Source: an uncultured Sandaracinaceae bacterium (GTDB lineage Bacteria; Myxococcota_A; Polyangia; Polyangiales; Houyiibacteriaceae). Taken from it: a DNA stretch of 64,000 nt. The notes beneath the pieces were generated by a model, which saw nothing but the letters and a program-made list of their open reading frames with translations, was not told the origin of the DNA and ran no database searches. The stretch is from NCBI GenBank assembly GCA_964495565.1, contig CAZBWQ010000002.1, positions 28,436-92,435 on the forward strand. The letters run 5' to 3'. Below, piece by piece: positions 49,891 through 59,404 of this stretch; position 1 is the first letter of the stretch, and each line of letters begins with the position of its first letter. A program made the position numbers and the translations under genes.

Positions 49891-50538
49891 TTAGCCAGCG
49901 GCCTTCTTGCCGGCCTCGGCCTCGCCGGCGCCAGCCTCGGCGGCTCCACCGGCTGCCCCCTCTTCGCCCGCTCCGGGAGCGGCCTTACGGGGCTCGAGGA
50001 TGATGACCAAGGTGAGCTTGGGCGAAAGCGTGCACTCCACGCCCTCGGGAAGCTCGATGTCTTCGACGGCGATGGTGTCCTTGAGGCCCAACGGCGTGAC
50101 ATCCACGTCGATCGAGACCGGAATTCGGGCCGGTGTCGTGCGCAGCGGAAGCGTGCGGCGCGTCACGTTCAGCACGCCGCCCTGGACGACGCCGGCAGCC
50201 CTGCCGTGCGTGTAGAAGGGGACGTTCACCTCGAGCTCCTTGTCCTCGAACACGCGGTACAAGTCCACGTGCAGAAGCTCTTGCGTGACGGGGTCGGTGG
50301 TCACGTCCTTGACCATCGCCAGTTGCTCTTCGCCGCCCACGGACAGCTTGAACACCACGTTTCGCCCCCTGTCTCCTCGAAGTGCTTTTTCCAGTTCCTT
50401 GGGGGACAGGGTCAGCGGCGTGGGCTGGACTCCGGGGCCGTAAAACACCCCTGGGAGCTTTCCTTGCTCACGCAGCCGACGCGCTGGCCCCTTTCCGCGG
50501 CTCTCGCGGACCTCAGCCTGCAACGTCGTCGTTTCCAT
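49891..50538 (-). CDS. rplY: 50S ribosomal protein L25 (long Ctc form)
   Basis: GKGPARRLREQGKLPGVFYG, LLHVDLY, GVVQGG. Confidence 0.95.
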   Translation of the reverse strand: METTTLQAEVRESRGKGPARRLREQGKLPGVFYGPGVQPTPLTLSPKELEKALRGDRGRNVVFKLSVGGEEQLAMVKDVTTDPVTQELLHVDLYRVFEDKELEVNVPFYTHGRAAGVVQGGVLNVTRRTLPLRTTPARIPVSIDVDVTPLGLKDTIAVEDIELPEGVECTLSPKLTLVIILEPRKAAPGAGEEGAAGGAAEAGAGEAEAGKKAAG

Positions 50539-50556
50539 GGTCGTTCGTTCTCCAAA

Positions 50557-51498
50557 TCATACGAACAGCGAGCTCACCGAGTCGCTGTGGTGAATCCGTT
50601 TGATGGCCTCTCCTAGCAAACTTGCCACCGAAAGCACGCGGAAGCGCCCGGTCTCCTCGGCCTCTTTTCGGAGGGGAATCGTGTCGGTGACGATCACCTC
50701 CTCGAGCGGGGAGTCCACGATGCGCTCGAGGGCCGGGCCCGACAGGACCGGGTGCGTGGCGGCCGCGAGGACCTTGGCAGCGCCCTTTTCGCGAAGCGCC
50801 CGGCCGGCGTTCGTGATCGTCCCGGCGGTGTCGATCATGTCGTCCAAGATCACACACTCTCGGCCCTTCACGTCGCCGATGATGTTCATGACCTCACTCA
50901 CGTTTTTGGCCTCGCGACGCTTGTCGATGATGGCGAGGTCAGCGCCCAGGCGTTTGGCGTACGCGCGGGTTCGCTCCACACCGCCTGCGTCGGGGGACAC
51001 GAACACGGGGGGCGTCTGAAAGCGTGGCTTCAAATGCTGCAGAAATACCGGAAGCGCGTAGAGGTGATCGAACGGCGTGTTGAAGAAGCCCTGGATCTGG
51101 GCCGCATGCAGGTCCATGGCCACGACCCGGTCGACCCCGGATGCGCTCAGCAAGTCCGCGACGAGCTTGGCGGTGATCGGCGTGCGCGGCGCGGCTTTTC
51201 GATCCTGCCGCGCGTACCCGTAATAGGGGATGACGGCGGTGATCGAGCCCGCGGATGCGCGCTTGAGCGCGTCGGTCATCACCAAGAGCTCCATCAAGTT
51301 GTCGTTGACGGGCGCGCAGGTCGACTGGATCACGTACACGTCGACGCCGCGCACGTTCTCCTTGATCTCCGCGAACACCTCGCCGTCGGAAAAACGAGAG
51401 ACGCGCACGCGTCCCAAAGGCAATTCCAGATACTTGGCGATCTTCTCGGCAAGCGCCGGATTCGAGTTTCCCGAGAAAACACAAGTCGACTTGAACAT
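50557..51498 (-). CDS. prs: Ribose-phosphate pyrophosphokinase
   Basis: Start [13 protein letters not shown] at 51498; [38 protein letters not shown]. Confidence 0.97.
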   Translation of the reverse strand: MFKSTCVFSGNSNPALAEKIAKYLELPLGRVRVSRFSDGEVFAEIKENVRGVDVYVIQSTCAPVNDNLMELLVMTDALKRASAGSITAVIPYYGYARQDRKAAPRTPITAKLVADLLSASGVDRVVAMDLHAAQIQGFFNTPFDHLYALPVFLQHLKPRFQTPPVFVSPDAGGVERTRAYAKRLGADLAIIDKRREAKNVSEVMNIIGDVKGRECVILDDMIDTAGTITNAGRALREKGAAKVLAAATHPVLSGPALERIVDSPLEEVIVTDTIPLRKEAEETGRFRVLSVASLLGEAIKRIHHSDSVSSLFV

Positions 51499-51559
51499 CG
51501 GTGGTTCCCTCCAGCGCGAAAGAGAGAGTAAAGCCGCCACCCCGGTAGGAAGGCGGTCC

Positions 51560-51588
51560 GAGGTAGCAAAGGGCCAGACCGGTGTCAA
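51560..51588 (-). promoter_or_regulatory. Candidate sigma70 promoter of the prs-rplY-pth-rpsF-rpsR-rplI-dnaB operon
   Basis: TTGACA(51583-88)-N17-TACCTC(51560-65) with a TG extended -10. Confidence 0.6.
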
Positions 51589-51627
51589 CCGCGGCGCGGA
51601 TCGGCACCATGTCGACGACCTTTTCGA

Positions 51628-51696
51628 CGTGCCGTGAATAGACGGTTGAGGTTCGGCACGCAGGAGTGTAAACCTCATCGCTCCCGCACACGGAGG
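51628..51696 (+). other. Candidate pseudoknotted 5' leader RNA of the XRE operon
   Basis: Two perfect 7-bp stems in pseudoknot order (51628-34/51654-60 and 51647-53/51671-77), plus CTCC at 51681-84 able to pair with either GGAG 51663-66 or the SD GGAG 51692-95. Confidence 0.45.
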
Positions 51697-51697
51697 A

Positions 51698-52528
51698 ATG
51701 ATGACACTGAGCGTGACATTGCTGACGGAGCGCGAAGACGTGGCACGGACCTGGAGGCAAGCGTTGTCACCGCACCGTGTGGACTGCCGGGTATTGGCTC
51801 CGAGCTCGCTCGCCGAAGCGTGCGAGGGGCAAGTCGCAGTCGTCGTCGACGTCGACGGAGCAGGTCTCGATGCCGACGAGCTCTTGTCGACCATCGGCTT
51901 CGTGCGGGCGTCGGGTGCTCTCGCGATCACCCACCTCGACCGCGATCGCGATGCGCTCGAAGACATCGTGACCGAGATTTGCGAAGGGCTCGTGACCAGC
52001 AACGATCGGGAGGTCGCTCAAGTCGCAGCGGCGCTCTCCCGCCGCGCGGACCGTCGCCGCTCCGGCCGACTCGAGTTCGTCACGGTCTCCCCGTGCAGCG
52101 ATGACTTGTTGGTGGTGTTCGGCAACGGGCACGCCTCGTTCCATTCGCGTCCGATCGATGGCTCGGATGACGGCTCCGAAATCGTCGACATCCGAATCGA
52201 TTCGACTGCATCGAAGGCCACCGTTCGACTGAAGAGCGGCGTGCTCTGCCAACTCGTGGCCGACGCGGCACGGTCGAGCGGCTCGGACATGACCGACGGC
52301 CAGGGCGACATCGCCATCGACGGCGAAAAATTGGGCGCGCGGCTTCGAGAGCTCCGGCTGGCGGCGGGCTTGACCCAGGCGGAGCTGGCGCGACGAACCG
52401 GCATTCACCGCCCGAACATCGCCCGCGTCGAAGCCGGCCGCCACACACCCTCGCTCGAAACGTTGGCACGGATCGCAAACGCCATCGGGGTCTCGACGAC
52501 ACAAGTGCTCGTGTCGCGCGAATCATGA
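51698..52528 (+). CDS. XRE-family HTH regulator with degenerate receiver-like N-terminus and a central beta-rich domain
   Basis: C-terminal [45 protein letters not shown]; SD GGAGG. Confidence 0.85.
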   Translation: MMTLSVTLLTEREDVARTWRQALSPHRVDCRVLAPSSLAEACEGQVAVVVDVDGAGLDADELLSTIGFVRASGALAITHLDRDRDALEDIVTEICEGLVTSNDREVAQVAAALSRRADRRRSGRLEFVTVSPCSDDLLVVFGNGHASFHSRPIDGSDDGSEIVDIRIDSTASKATVRLKSGVLCQLVADAARSSGSDMTDGQGDIAIDGEKLGARLRELRLAAGLTQAELARRTGIHRPNIARVEAGRHTPSLETLARIANAIGVSTTQVLVSRES

Positions 52529-53370
52529 GCCGCGAGGCAGGCCAAAAGCCGATCAAAGACGCATCGACGGTGATCCTTCTGCGTGAAGGCGACCAGGGGC
52601 TCGAGACGTTCATGCTCTGCAGGCACAGCCGCAGCGGCTTCATGGGCGGCGCCCACGTCTTTCCAGGCGGCAAGGTCGACCGAGCCGACATGCACGCGAG
52701 TTGGGTTTCGCGGGTGAGCCGCTCACCGCAGGAGCTCGCCGAGGGCCTCGGCGAAACCGATCCGGAGCTCAGCCTCGGGCTGCTGATCGCTGCGGTGCGT
52801 GAGACGTTCGAAGAGGCAGGCGTGTTGATGGCGAGCGCAGCCGGTGCCCTCGATCTCGCGGCGGCACGAATCGAGCTCGACACGGGACGCTCGTTCCTCG
52901 ATTTCGCAGAAGCGATCGACATGCACATCGATGCCCTGACGCTCGCTCCGTATGCGCGTTGGATCACCCCCAAGATGGAAAGCAGCCGCTTCGACACGCG
53001 ATTCTACGTGGGCGTCCTGCCGCCGGGTCAGCACGCATCGCCCGACGGATGCGAAACCACGTCCGCCGCATGGCTGCGGCCTGCCGCGGCCATCGAGCAA
53101 ATGCGGGCGGGCCAAATCAAGCTCGCGCCACCCACCGTGCGAACGCTTCACTGGCTTTCGGGCTTCGCCGATGCCGGCTCGGTCATCGAAGACGCGCTTC
53201 GTCGCAAGCCTCCGCTCGTGCGGCCCGAAATCGTCGCCGGCAAAGACGGTTGGTTCTTGGCTCTCCCAGGCGACTCGGAGCATCCCGAGAACGAGCCCGT
53301 GCTGCCGGGCGCCACGCGCATGATCTTCGAAGGCGGCGCATGGCGCGATGCGCCCGAGCCTGTTCGGTAG
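52525..53370 (+). CDS. NUDIX hydrolase (NUDT19-like)
   Basis: ASTVILLR, HVFPGGKVD, AVRETFEEAG, WITP, RFDTRFY; ATG overlaps the XRE stop. Confidence 0.88.
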   Translation: MSREAGQKPIKDASTVILLREGDQGLETFMLCRHSRSGFMGGAHVFPGGKVDRADMHASWVSRVSRSPQELAEGLGETDPELSLGLLIAAVRETFEEAGVLMASAAGALDLAAARIELDTGRSFLDFAEAIDMHIDALTLAPYARWITPKMESSRFDTRFYVGVLPPGQHASPDGCETTSAAWLRPAAAIEQMRAGQIKLAPPTVRTLHWLSGFADAGSVIEDALRRKPPLVRPEIVAGKDGWFLALPGDSEHPENEPVLPGATRMIFEGGAWRDAPEPVR

Positions 53371-53439
53371 GCCACAGTTTTTCGAGATTCTACGCTTTTG
53401 GCCTTGGCTCTCGAACCAGCCAACCGCTACCCAAAAGAG

Positions 53440-54015
53440 GTGGTTGCGAGCACGCCCAAGCCCAAGGACCTGTTCACGGCGTCCCAAATCGCTCGTTTTT
53501 GTCAGGTGGATCTCAAAACGATTCACAACTGGGCCGATCGGGGCCGCATTCCTCACTTTCGGACGCCAGGGCGGCATTTGCGTTTCAGGCGGCCGCACGT
53601 CCTCGATTTCCTGAGGAAGTACGGTTATCCAATTCCTGAAGAGCTCGAGTCGGATCGACCCAGGGTCGCGCTTCTGGTCCGGAATGGGCAGGCCCATGCT
53701 CCATTGGCCGCAGCGCTCGAGCCGGCTTTCGAGGTCATCGACTACGCGGACCCGCTTGCGGCGCTCTTGCACATGGGGCAGCAGCCGCCCGACGCGGCGG
53801 TCTTGGCGGCGAAGCTCGGCGAAGTTTCGGGCGTCCAAATCATCGCCGCCCTCAAGCGTGACGATGCCACCCGGCACGTGCGAGCCATTCTGGTCGCAGG
53901 AGACGAGCAGGACCGGCAGGCGGCTCTCGAGGCCGGGGCTTCGGCCTATGTCCGGGCCTCCGACTGCAACGGTCTCCGCGACACCCTGAGCGCCCTGATG
54001 GGGCTCCGCCACTGA
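53440..54015 (+). CDS. Excisionase-like HTH (HTH_17) fused to a pseudo-receiver domain
   Basis: FTASQIARFCQVDLKTIHNWADRGRIPHFRTPGRHLRF; receiver-like fold has PDAAVLAAKL where PDxxxLD is expected. GTG start inferred. Confidence 0.8.
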   Translation: MVASTPKPKDLFTASQIARFCQVDLKTIHNWADRGRIPHFRTPGRHLRFRRPHVLDFLRKYGYPIPEELESDRPRVALLVRNGQAHAPLAAALEPAFEVIDYADPLAALLHMGQQPPDAAVLAAKLGEVSGVQIIAALKRDDATRHVRAILVAGDEQDRQAALEAGASAYVRASDCNGLRDTLSALMGLRH

Positions 54016-54062
54016 CGGCAGCCGCGGTTGCCTCGAGCCGGAACCTCACGTACGCATCATCC

Positions 54063-54725
54063 ATGGGCACCGAAGCGCTCAATTACGACGACCGCGGTCT
54101 GGTTGCGGTCATCGCCCAAGATGCCGAGACGGGTGAAGTCCGAATGCTCGCCTACGCCGACGAGACGGCGGTCGAGACGACGCTTCGCACCGGATTGGCC
54201 CACTTCTACAGCCGGAGTCGCGAACGGCTCTGGAAAAAGGGCGAAAGCAGCGGCAACACCCTCCGCGTCCGAAGCGTTTGGGTGGACTGCGACGGGGACA
54301 CCTTGATCTACATGGTCGACCCGGCCGGTCCCACCTGCCACACCGGAGAGGAAACCTGCTTCTTCCGCGAGCTCGAGCCGAACGGCGATCTGGCAAGGAG
54401 CGAGCCCGCGCTGGCGGAGCCCACCTTGCTACGCCTCGAGCGCACGCTGCAACGCCGGCGCCACTCCGACGCGGGCAAGAGCTACACGAAGTCACTGCTC
54501 GACGGCGGAGCGCAAAAGATCGACGAGAAGCTTCGCGAAGAGGCCGCGGAGCTCGGCCAAGCGCTGGCCGAGGAATCCGACGAACGGGTCGCGTCCGAAG
54601 CCGGCGACCTGCTCTACCACTTGCTCGTCGGGCTCCTGCTGCGCGAGGTGCCTTTGCGTGCAGTCCTGTCCGAGCTGAGCCGCCGCTTTGGCCAATCCGG
54701 CCACGAGGAAAAAGCAAGCCGGTGA
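54063..54725 (+). CDS. hisIE: Bifunctional phosphoribosyl-AMP cyclohydrolase / phosphoribosyl-ATP pyrophosphatase
   Basis: YSRSRERLWKKGESSG, DCDGD, CHTGEETCFF, SYTKSLL, EEAAEL, EAGDLLYH. Confidence 0.96.
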   Translation: MGTEALNYDDRGLVAVIAQDAETGEVRMLAYADETAVETTLRTGLAHFYSRSRERLWKKGESSGNTLRVRSVWVDCDGDTLIYMVDPAGPTCHTGEETCFFRELEPNGDLARSEPALAEPTLLRLERTLQRRRHSDAGKSYTKSLLDGGAQKIDEKLREEAAELGQALAEESDERVASEAGDLLYHLLVGLLLREVPLRAVLSELSRRFGQSGHEEKASR

Positions 54726-54737
54726 GCTAGCTGCCGC

Positions 54738-55226
54738 TCAGTTGAGGATCTTGTCGATGTCGCGCTCGATGGTCTCCTCGCGGACCCGCCTTGCCAGCGC
54801 GAGCTCGGTGATCAAGAGCTGGCGTGCCTGCTCCATGAGCTTCTTCTCGCCGTAGCTCAGCTCGCCCTTCTCTGCGCGTACCTTGGAGAGGTCCCGGCGC
54901 ACCTTCGCGGCCTTGACCGGCGAGCCACTCTTCAGCATCTCGGTGTACTCCCGGTAGCGCCGATTCCACGGCTGGGAGGTGACCGCCATCTCGTCCTTCT
55001 TGAGCTCGTCCAATACCGTCTTGGCGGCACGGCGGGACATGACCTGGCGCAAGCCCACCCGATCCACTGCGTTCATCGCGACGCGGATCGTGCCGGCCTT
55101 TCCGTTCACGAGCTTCAGAATGTAGAAGTCGACGTTGTCGGTGCCGATGACGCGCTTCTCGATTTTTGTAATTTCGGCAACGCCATGGGCGGGATGGACT
55201 GCCTTGTCGCCTACGCTGAAGCTCAT
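54738..55226 (-). CDS. cdnL: CarD-like RNA polymerase-binding protein (standalone CdnL type)
   Basis: Start MSFSVGDKAVHPAHGVA; VGLRQV, WNRRYRE, LSYGEKKL; no HMGA tail. Confidence 0.92.
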   Translation of the reverse strand: MSFSVGDKAVHPAHGVAEITKIEKRVIGTDNVDFYILKLVNGKAGTIRVAMNAVDRVGLRQVMSRRAAKTVLDELKKDEMAVTSQPWNRRYREYTEMLKSGSPVKAAKVRRDLSKVRAEKGELSYGEKKLMEQARQLLITELALARRVREETIERDIDKILN

Positions 55227-55329
55227 GAGAGGACCCTCCTTCGGGCTAGAATTGACGAAAACCCGCGCCGGGAGCGCGGGCCGCAAACGTTTCGTCAAGA
55301 GGTGTGCAATCCACTACATGCACCCATCA

Positions 55330-55358
55330 TTTATAGCAAAACCGGCTCTTTCAGTCAA
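55330..55358 (-). promoter_or_regulatory. Candidate sigma70 promoter of cdnL
   Basis: TTGACT(55353-58)-N17-TATAAA(55330-35) with a TG extended -10. Confidence 0.7.
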
Positions 55359-55463
55359 CGCCGATCATCGACTAAAGTGGTGTGATTCCGGCTGCTTGGG
55401 CTGTATTTTTGGGGTCGATTTGGGGTTGACAAATCCGCCGCGTCGAGTCGCCCCAAAAGGGGC

Positions 55464-56546
<1,083 letters not shown>

Positions 56547-56571
56547 GGCTGGATTCCTTTTGTGTGAGATA

Positions 56572-56588
56572 CCTGAACAACCGTTTAG
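56572..56588 (-). promoter_or_regulatory. Myxococcus-type LexA (SOS) box overlapping the -10 of an internal recA promoter
   Basis: CTAAACGGTTGTTCAGG matches 16/17 of the M. xanthus consensus CTRHAMRYBYGTTCAGS; promoter TTGACT(56605-10)-N17-TAAACG(56582-87). Confidence 0.8.
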
Positions 56589-56649
56589 TCGGGTTCCTCA
56601 CACGAGTCAAGACTCGTGCAAAAGCCCCGGAGCGAGACTGCAACGCGGG

Positions 56650-57909
56650 TCAGCGCTCGGCAAGGTCGAAGTCTCGGCCGAGGGCCGCGCGGCGGACCAG
56701 CTCGAGCGCGATGTAGGCCGAGAGGGTCTGAATGCGGTCCCGACCCCACGGGAGCTTACGGTGCCGGGTGATCGTCGGCTCCCCTTTGCGCGCCAACCCG
56801 AACCACACCGTGCCAACCGGCTTGTCGTCGGTGCCCCCTCCGGGCCCCGCGACTCCGGTGATCGACACCGCGAGGTCTGCGCCGGCCACGCGCAGGGCCC
56901 CTTCGGCCATCGCGGCGGCCGTCTCCGAGCTGACGGCGCCATGGGCCCGCAGCAGCTCTGGCCCGACCCCGAGCACGGCTTCTTTCGCGCTGTTGGCGTA
57001 CACCACCGCATCGAGGAGGAGATAGTCCGATGCTCCGGGGGCGCGCGTCAGCATCTCGCCCACCTGACCGCCAGTGCACGACTCCGCCACCGCAAGGGTC
57101 TTGCCACGGTCGCGGAGCGTGTTGCCCACCGCCTCGGCGAAGGTGTCCGACTCAGCGCCGAACACCGCCTCGCCGAGGATCGCCCGGACCTTCTCCGCGG
57201 CCGCATGGGAGAGGCGCTCCGCTTCGGCAGCCGAGCTCGCGCGCACGTGCACCTTGACCTCGATCTCGGGGAAGTGGGCCCGGTACCCGAGGGTCAGCCC
57301 CGGAATCTCTTCTTCGAGGCCCTCGAGCGCCTGGGCTACGCCCGATTCGGTCATGCCGAAGGTCTTGATCCGGATCTGATGGGTGCGTCGCTCCGCGAGA
57401 CCGGCGATCTGCGGCACGATCGACTCACCGAAGATGTGCTTCATCTCGCGCGGCACCCCGGGAACGAAGAACAGGCGCGCTCGGCCGATCGTCACCGAGA
57501 AGCCTGGCGCGGTCCCCACGGGATTGGGCAGGATCTCGGCGCCCTCGGGGAAATCGCCCTGTTTGGCGTTCGACTCGGGCATCACCCGTCCGAACGCCTC
57601 GAACTTGCGGCGGATGTCCTCGACGACCGCTTGGTTGCGCCGCAGCCCCACCCCGGCCGCCTCGGCCGCCGCCGCGGTCGTGCAATCGTCGGAGGTCGGA
57701 CCGAGCCCCCCAGTGGCGATCACGATCGGGTGCATCTCGGAAAACCGTCGGATGACGGCCGCGATTCGGCCCGCATCGTCGTCCACGACGGAATGCTCGA
57801 CGACGTCGAATCCGAGCTTGGTCAGCTCTTCGGCAAGCCAGGCCGCGTTGGTGTTCACCAGCTCGCCACGGGTGAGCTCGGTGCCGATCGATAGCACTGC
57901 CGCGGTCAT
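56650..57909 (-). CDS. cinA: Competence/damage-inducible protein A (with NMN deamidase domain)
   Basis: IGTELTRG, NTNAAWLA, TGGLGPTSDDCT, GVPREM, AESCTGG, ITGVAGPGG. Confidence 0.95.
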   Translation of the reverse strand: MTAAVLSIGTELTRGELVNTNAAWLAEELTKLGFDVVEHSVVDDDAGRIAAVIRRFSEMHPIVIATGGLGPTSDDCTTAAAAEAAGVGLRRNQAVVEDIRRKFEAFGRVMPESNAKQGDFPEGAEILPNPVGTAPGFSVTIGRARLFFVPGVPREMKHIFGESIVPQIAGLAERRTHQIRIKTFGMTESGVAQALEGLEEEIPGLTLGYRAHFPEIEVKVHVRASSAAEAERLSHAAAEKVRAILGEAVFGAESDTFAEAVGNTLRDRGKTLAVAESCTGGQVGEMLTRAPGASDYLLLDAVVYANSAKEAVLGVGPELLRAHGAVSSETAAAMAEGALRVAGADLAVSITGVAGPGGGTDDKPVGTVWFGLARKGEPTITRHRKLPWGRDRIQTLSAYIALELVRRAALGRDFDLAER

Positions 57910-57920
57910 GGGGGCCGCGT

Positions 57921-57949
57921 AGTGTCCGCAAAACGGAGGAGCACGTCAA
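57921..57949 (-). promoter_or_regulatory. Candidate sigma70 promoter of cinA
   Basis: TTGACG(57944-49)-N17-GACACT(57921-26), ending 11 nt before the ATG; no SD evident. Confidence 0.4.
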
Positions 57950-58024
57950 CCGCTTTGCCCCTCGGAGCGGATGTGGTAGCGCCCCTGGAACGTTTTTCGC
58001 GTTTCGCTTGTTGATGGGAGTCCA

Positions 58025-59401
58025 ATGAGACGAATTTTATTGGCCGCCGCGTTGGGGGTGGCGGCTGCCTGGGCGCTCGTGGGTGACCACGGGCACGCGA
58101 TGGCCGAGCAAAGCCCCTCTGCTCTGTCGAACCTCCAAGTCAGTCGCGCGACCCTGGACAACGGCCTTCGGGTCGTGCTCAACGAAGACCACACCGTGCC
58201 GACGGTGGCGATCTCGGTCTACTACGACGTCGGCTCTCGAAACGAGGCGCCCGGCCGGTCCGGATTCGCACATCTGTTCGAGCACATGATGTTTCAGGGC
58301 TCGGCCAACGTCGGCAAGGGCGAGCACTTCAGCTTGATCATCAACCGAGGCGGAAGCGCCAACGGCACGACCAGCGTCGACCGCACCAACTATTTCGAAA
58401 CCCTGCCGGCCAACGAGCTGGCGTTGGGGCTTTGGCTCGAAGCCGACCGAATGCGCTCCTTGGCAGTGACCCAGGAGAATTTCGAGAATCAGCGACAGAC
58501 GGTGATGGAAGAGCGTCGGCAGCGCATCGACAACCAACCGTACATCCCGAGCATGTTGCGCATCAACGAGCTCGCGTACGGCGACTACTGGCCCTACGCG
58601 CACTCGACGATCGGTGACATGCAGGATCTGATCGACGCGCCCCTCGAGGCGGTGCAGGAGTTCTTCGACACCTATTATGCACCGAACAACGCCGTACTGA
58701 GCATCAGCGGAGACTTTCAAACCGAAGAAGCGCTTCGGTTGGTCGAGAAGCATTTCGGCTCGATCGATCCGCGGCAGACCCCACCGTACATTCCGCCGCC
58801 TCCCCCCGAGCAGACCGAGGAGCGCACCGAGACGATGTACGATCCGAACGCGACCCTCCCCGCGTTCCACTTGGCGTATCACATCCCCCCGAGCCGCACG
58901 CCCGATCACTACGCGCTCGAAATGTTGGCGATCATCCTCGGCGATGGCGAGTCGAGCCGGCTCTATCAAAAGCTGATCAAGCAAGAAGAGATCTGTCAGG
59001 ACATCGCAGTGGGCACCGACGATCGACGCGGACCAGACCTCTTCAGCGTCTGGGCGGTGATGGCGAGCGGCCACGCAAACGACGAGGCGCAAGCGTTGAT
59101 CTTCGCCGAGATCGATTCGATCGCGGCCGAAGGCGTCTCCGCGCGAGAGCTTCAGAAGGCGAAGAATCGCGTGAGCGCGGGATTCGTATTCGGGCTTCAA
59201 TCCAACATGTCGCGCTCGCAACGTCTCGCCGAGTACGAGCTCTACTGGGGAGACGCCAATCTGCTGAAGCTGGAGCTGGATCACTATCTCCGCGTCACCG
59301 CAGACGACATCAAGCGCGTAGCGGGGCTTTACTTCAAACCCGAAAACCGGACGGTGCTCGACGTGCAGCCCGGCCCGGCACCCGCGCCCGAGGAGAAATA
59401 A
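58025..59401 (+). CDS. Secreted M16 (pitrilysin-like) zinc peptidase, active subunit
   Basis: Signal peptide; HLFEHMMF (HxxEH), NGTT, EERRQRIDN. Confidence 0.92.
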   Translation: MRRILLAAALGVAAAWALVGDHGHAMAEQSPSALSNLQVSRATLDNGLRVVLNEDHTVPTVAISVYYDVGSRNEAPGRSGFAHLFEHMMFQGSANVGKGEHFSLIINRGGSANGTTSVDRTNYFETLPANELALGLWLEADRMRSLAVTQENFENQRQTVMEERRQRIDNQPYIPSMLRINELAYGDYWPYAHSTIGDMQDLIDAPLEAVQEFFDTYYAPNNAVLSISGDFQTEEALRLVEKHFGSIDPRQTPPYIPPPPPEQTEERTETMYDPNATLPAFHLAYHIPPSRTPDHYALEMLAIILGDGESSRLYQKLIKQEEICQDIAVGTDDRRGPDLFSVWAVMASGHANDEAQALIFAEIDSIAAEGVSARELQKAKNRVSAGFVFGLQSNMSRSQRLAEYELYWGDANLLKLELDHYLRVTADDIKRVAGLYFKPENRTVLDVQPGPAPAPEEK

Positions 59402-59404
59402 GAC

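Noticed and set aside
51499-51697. tRNA gene often found upstream of prs
   Set aside because: No cloverleaf, T-loop or CCA pattern on either strand here.
53440-53640. Excisionase-like HTH as a sign of a prophage or ICE
   Set aside because: It is fused to a receiver-like domain within a housekeeping operon, with no integrase, att repeats or phage genes in the window.
55426-55463. Plus-strand TTGACA as an antisense recA promoter; GCCCC-AAAA-GGGGC as the recA terminator
   Set aside because: No -10 at 16-18 bp; the hairpin is short and has no U-tract on the recA strand.
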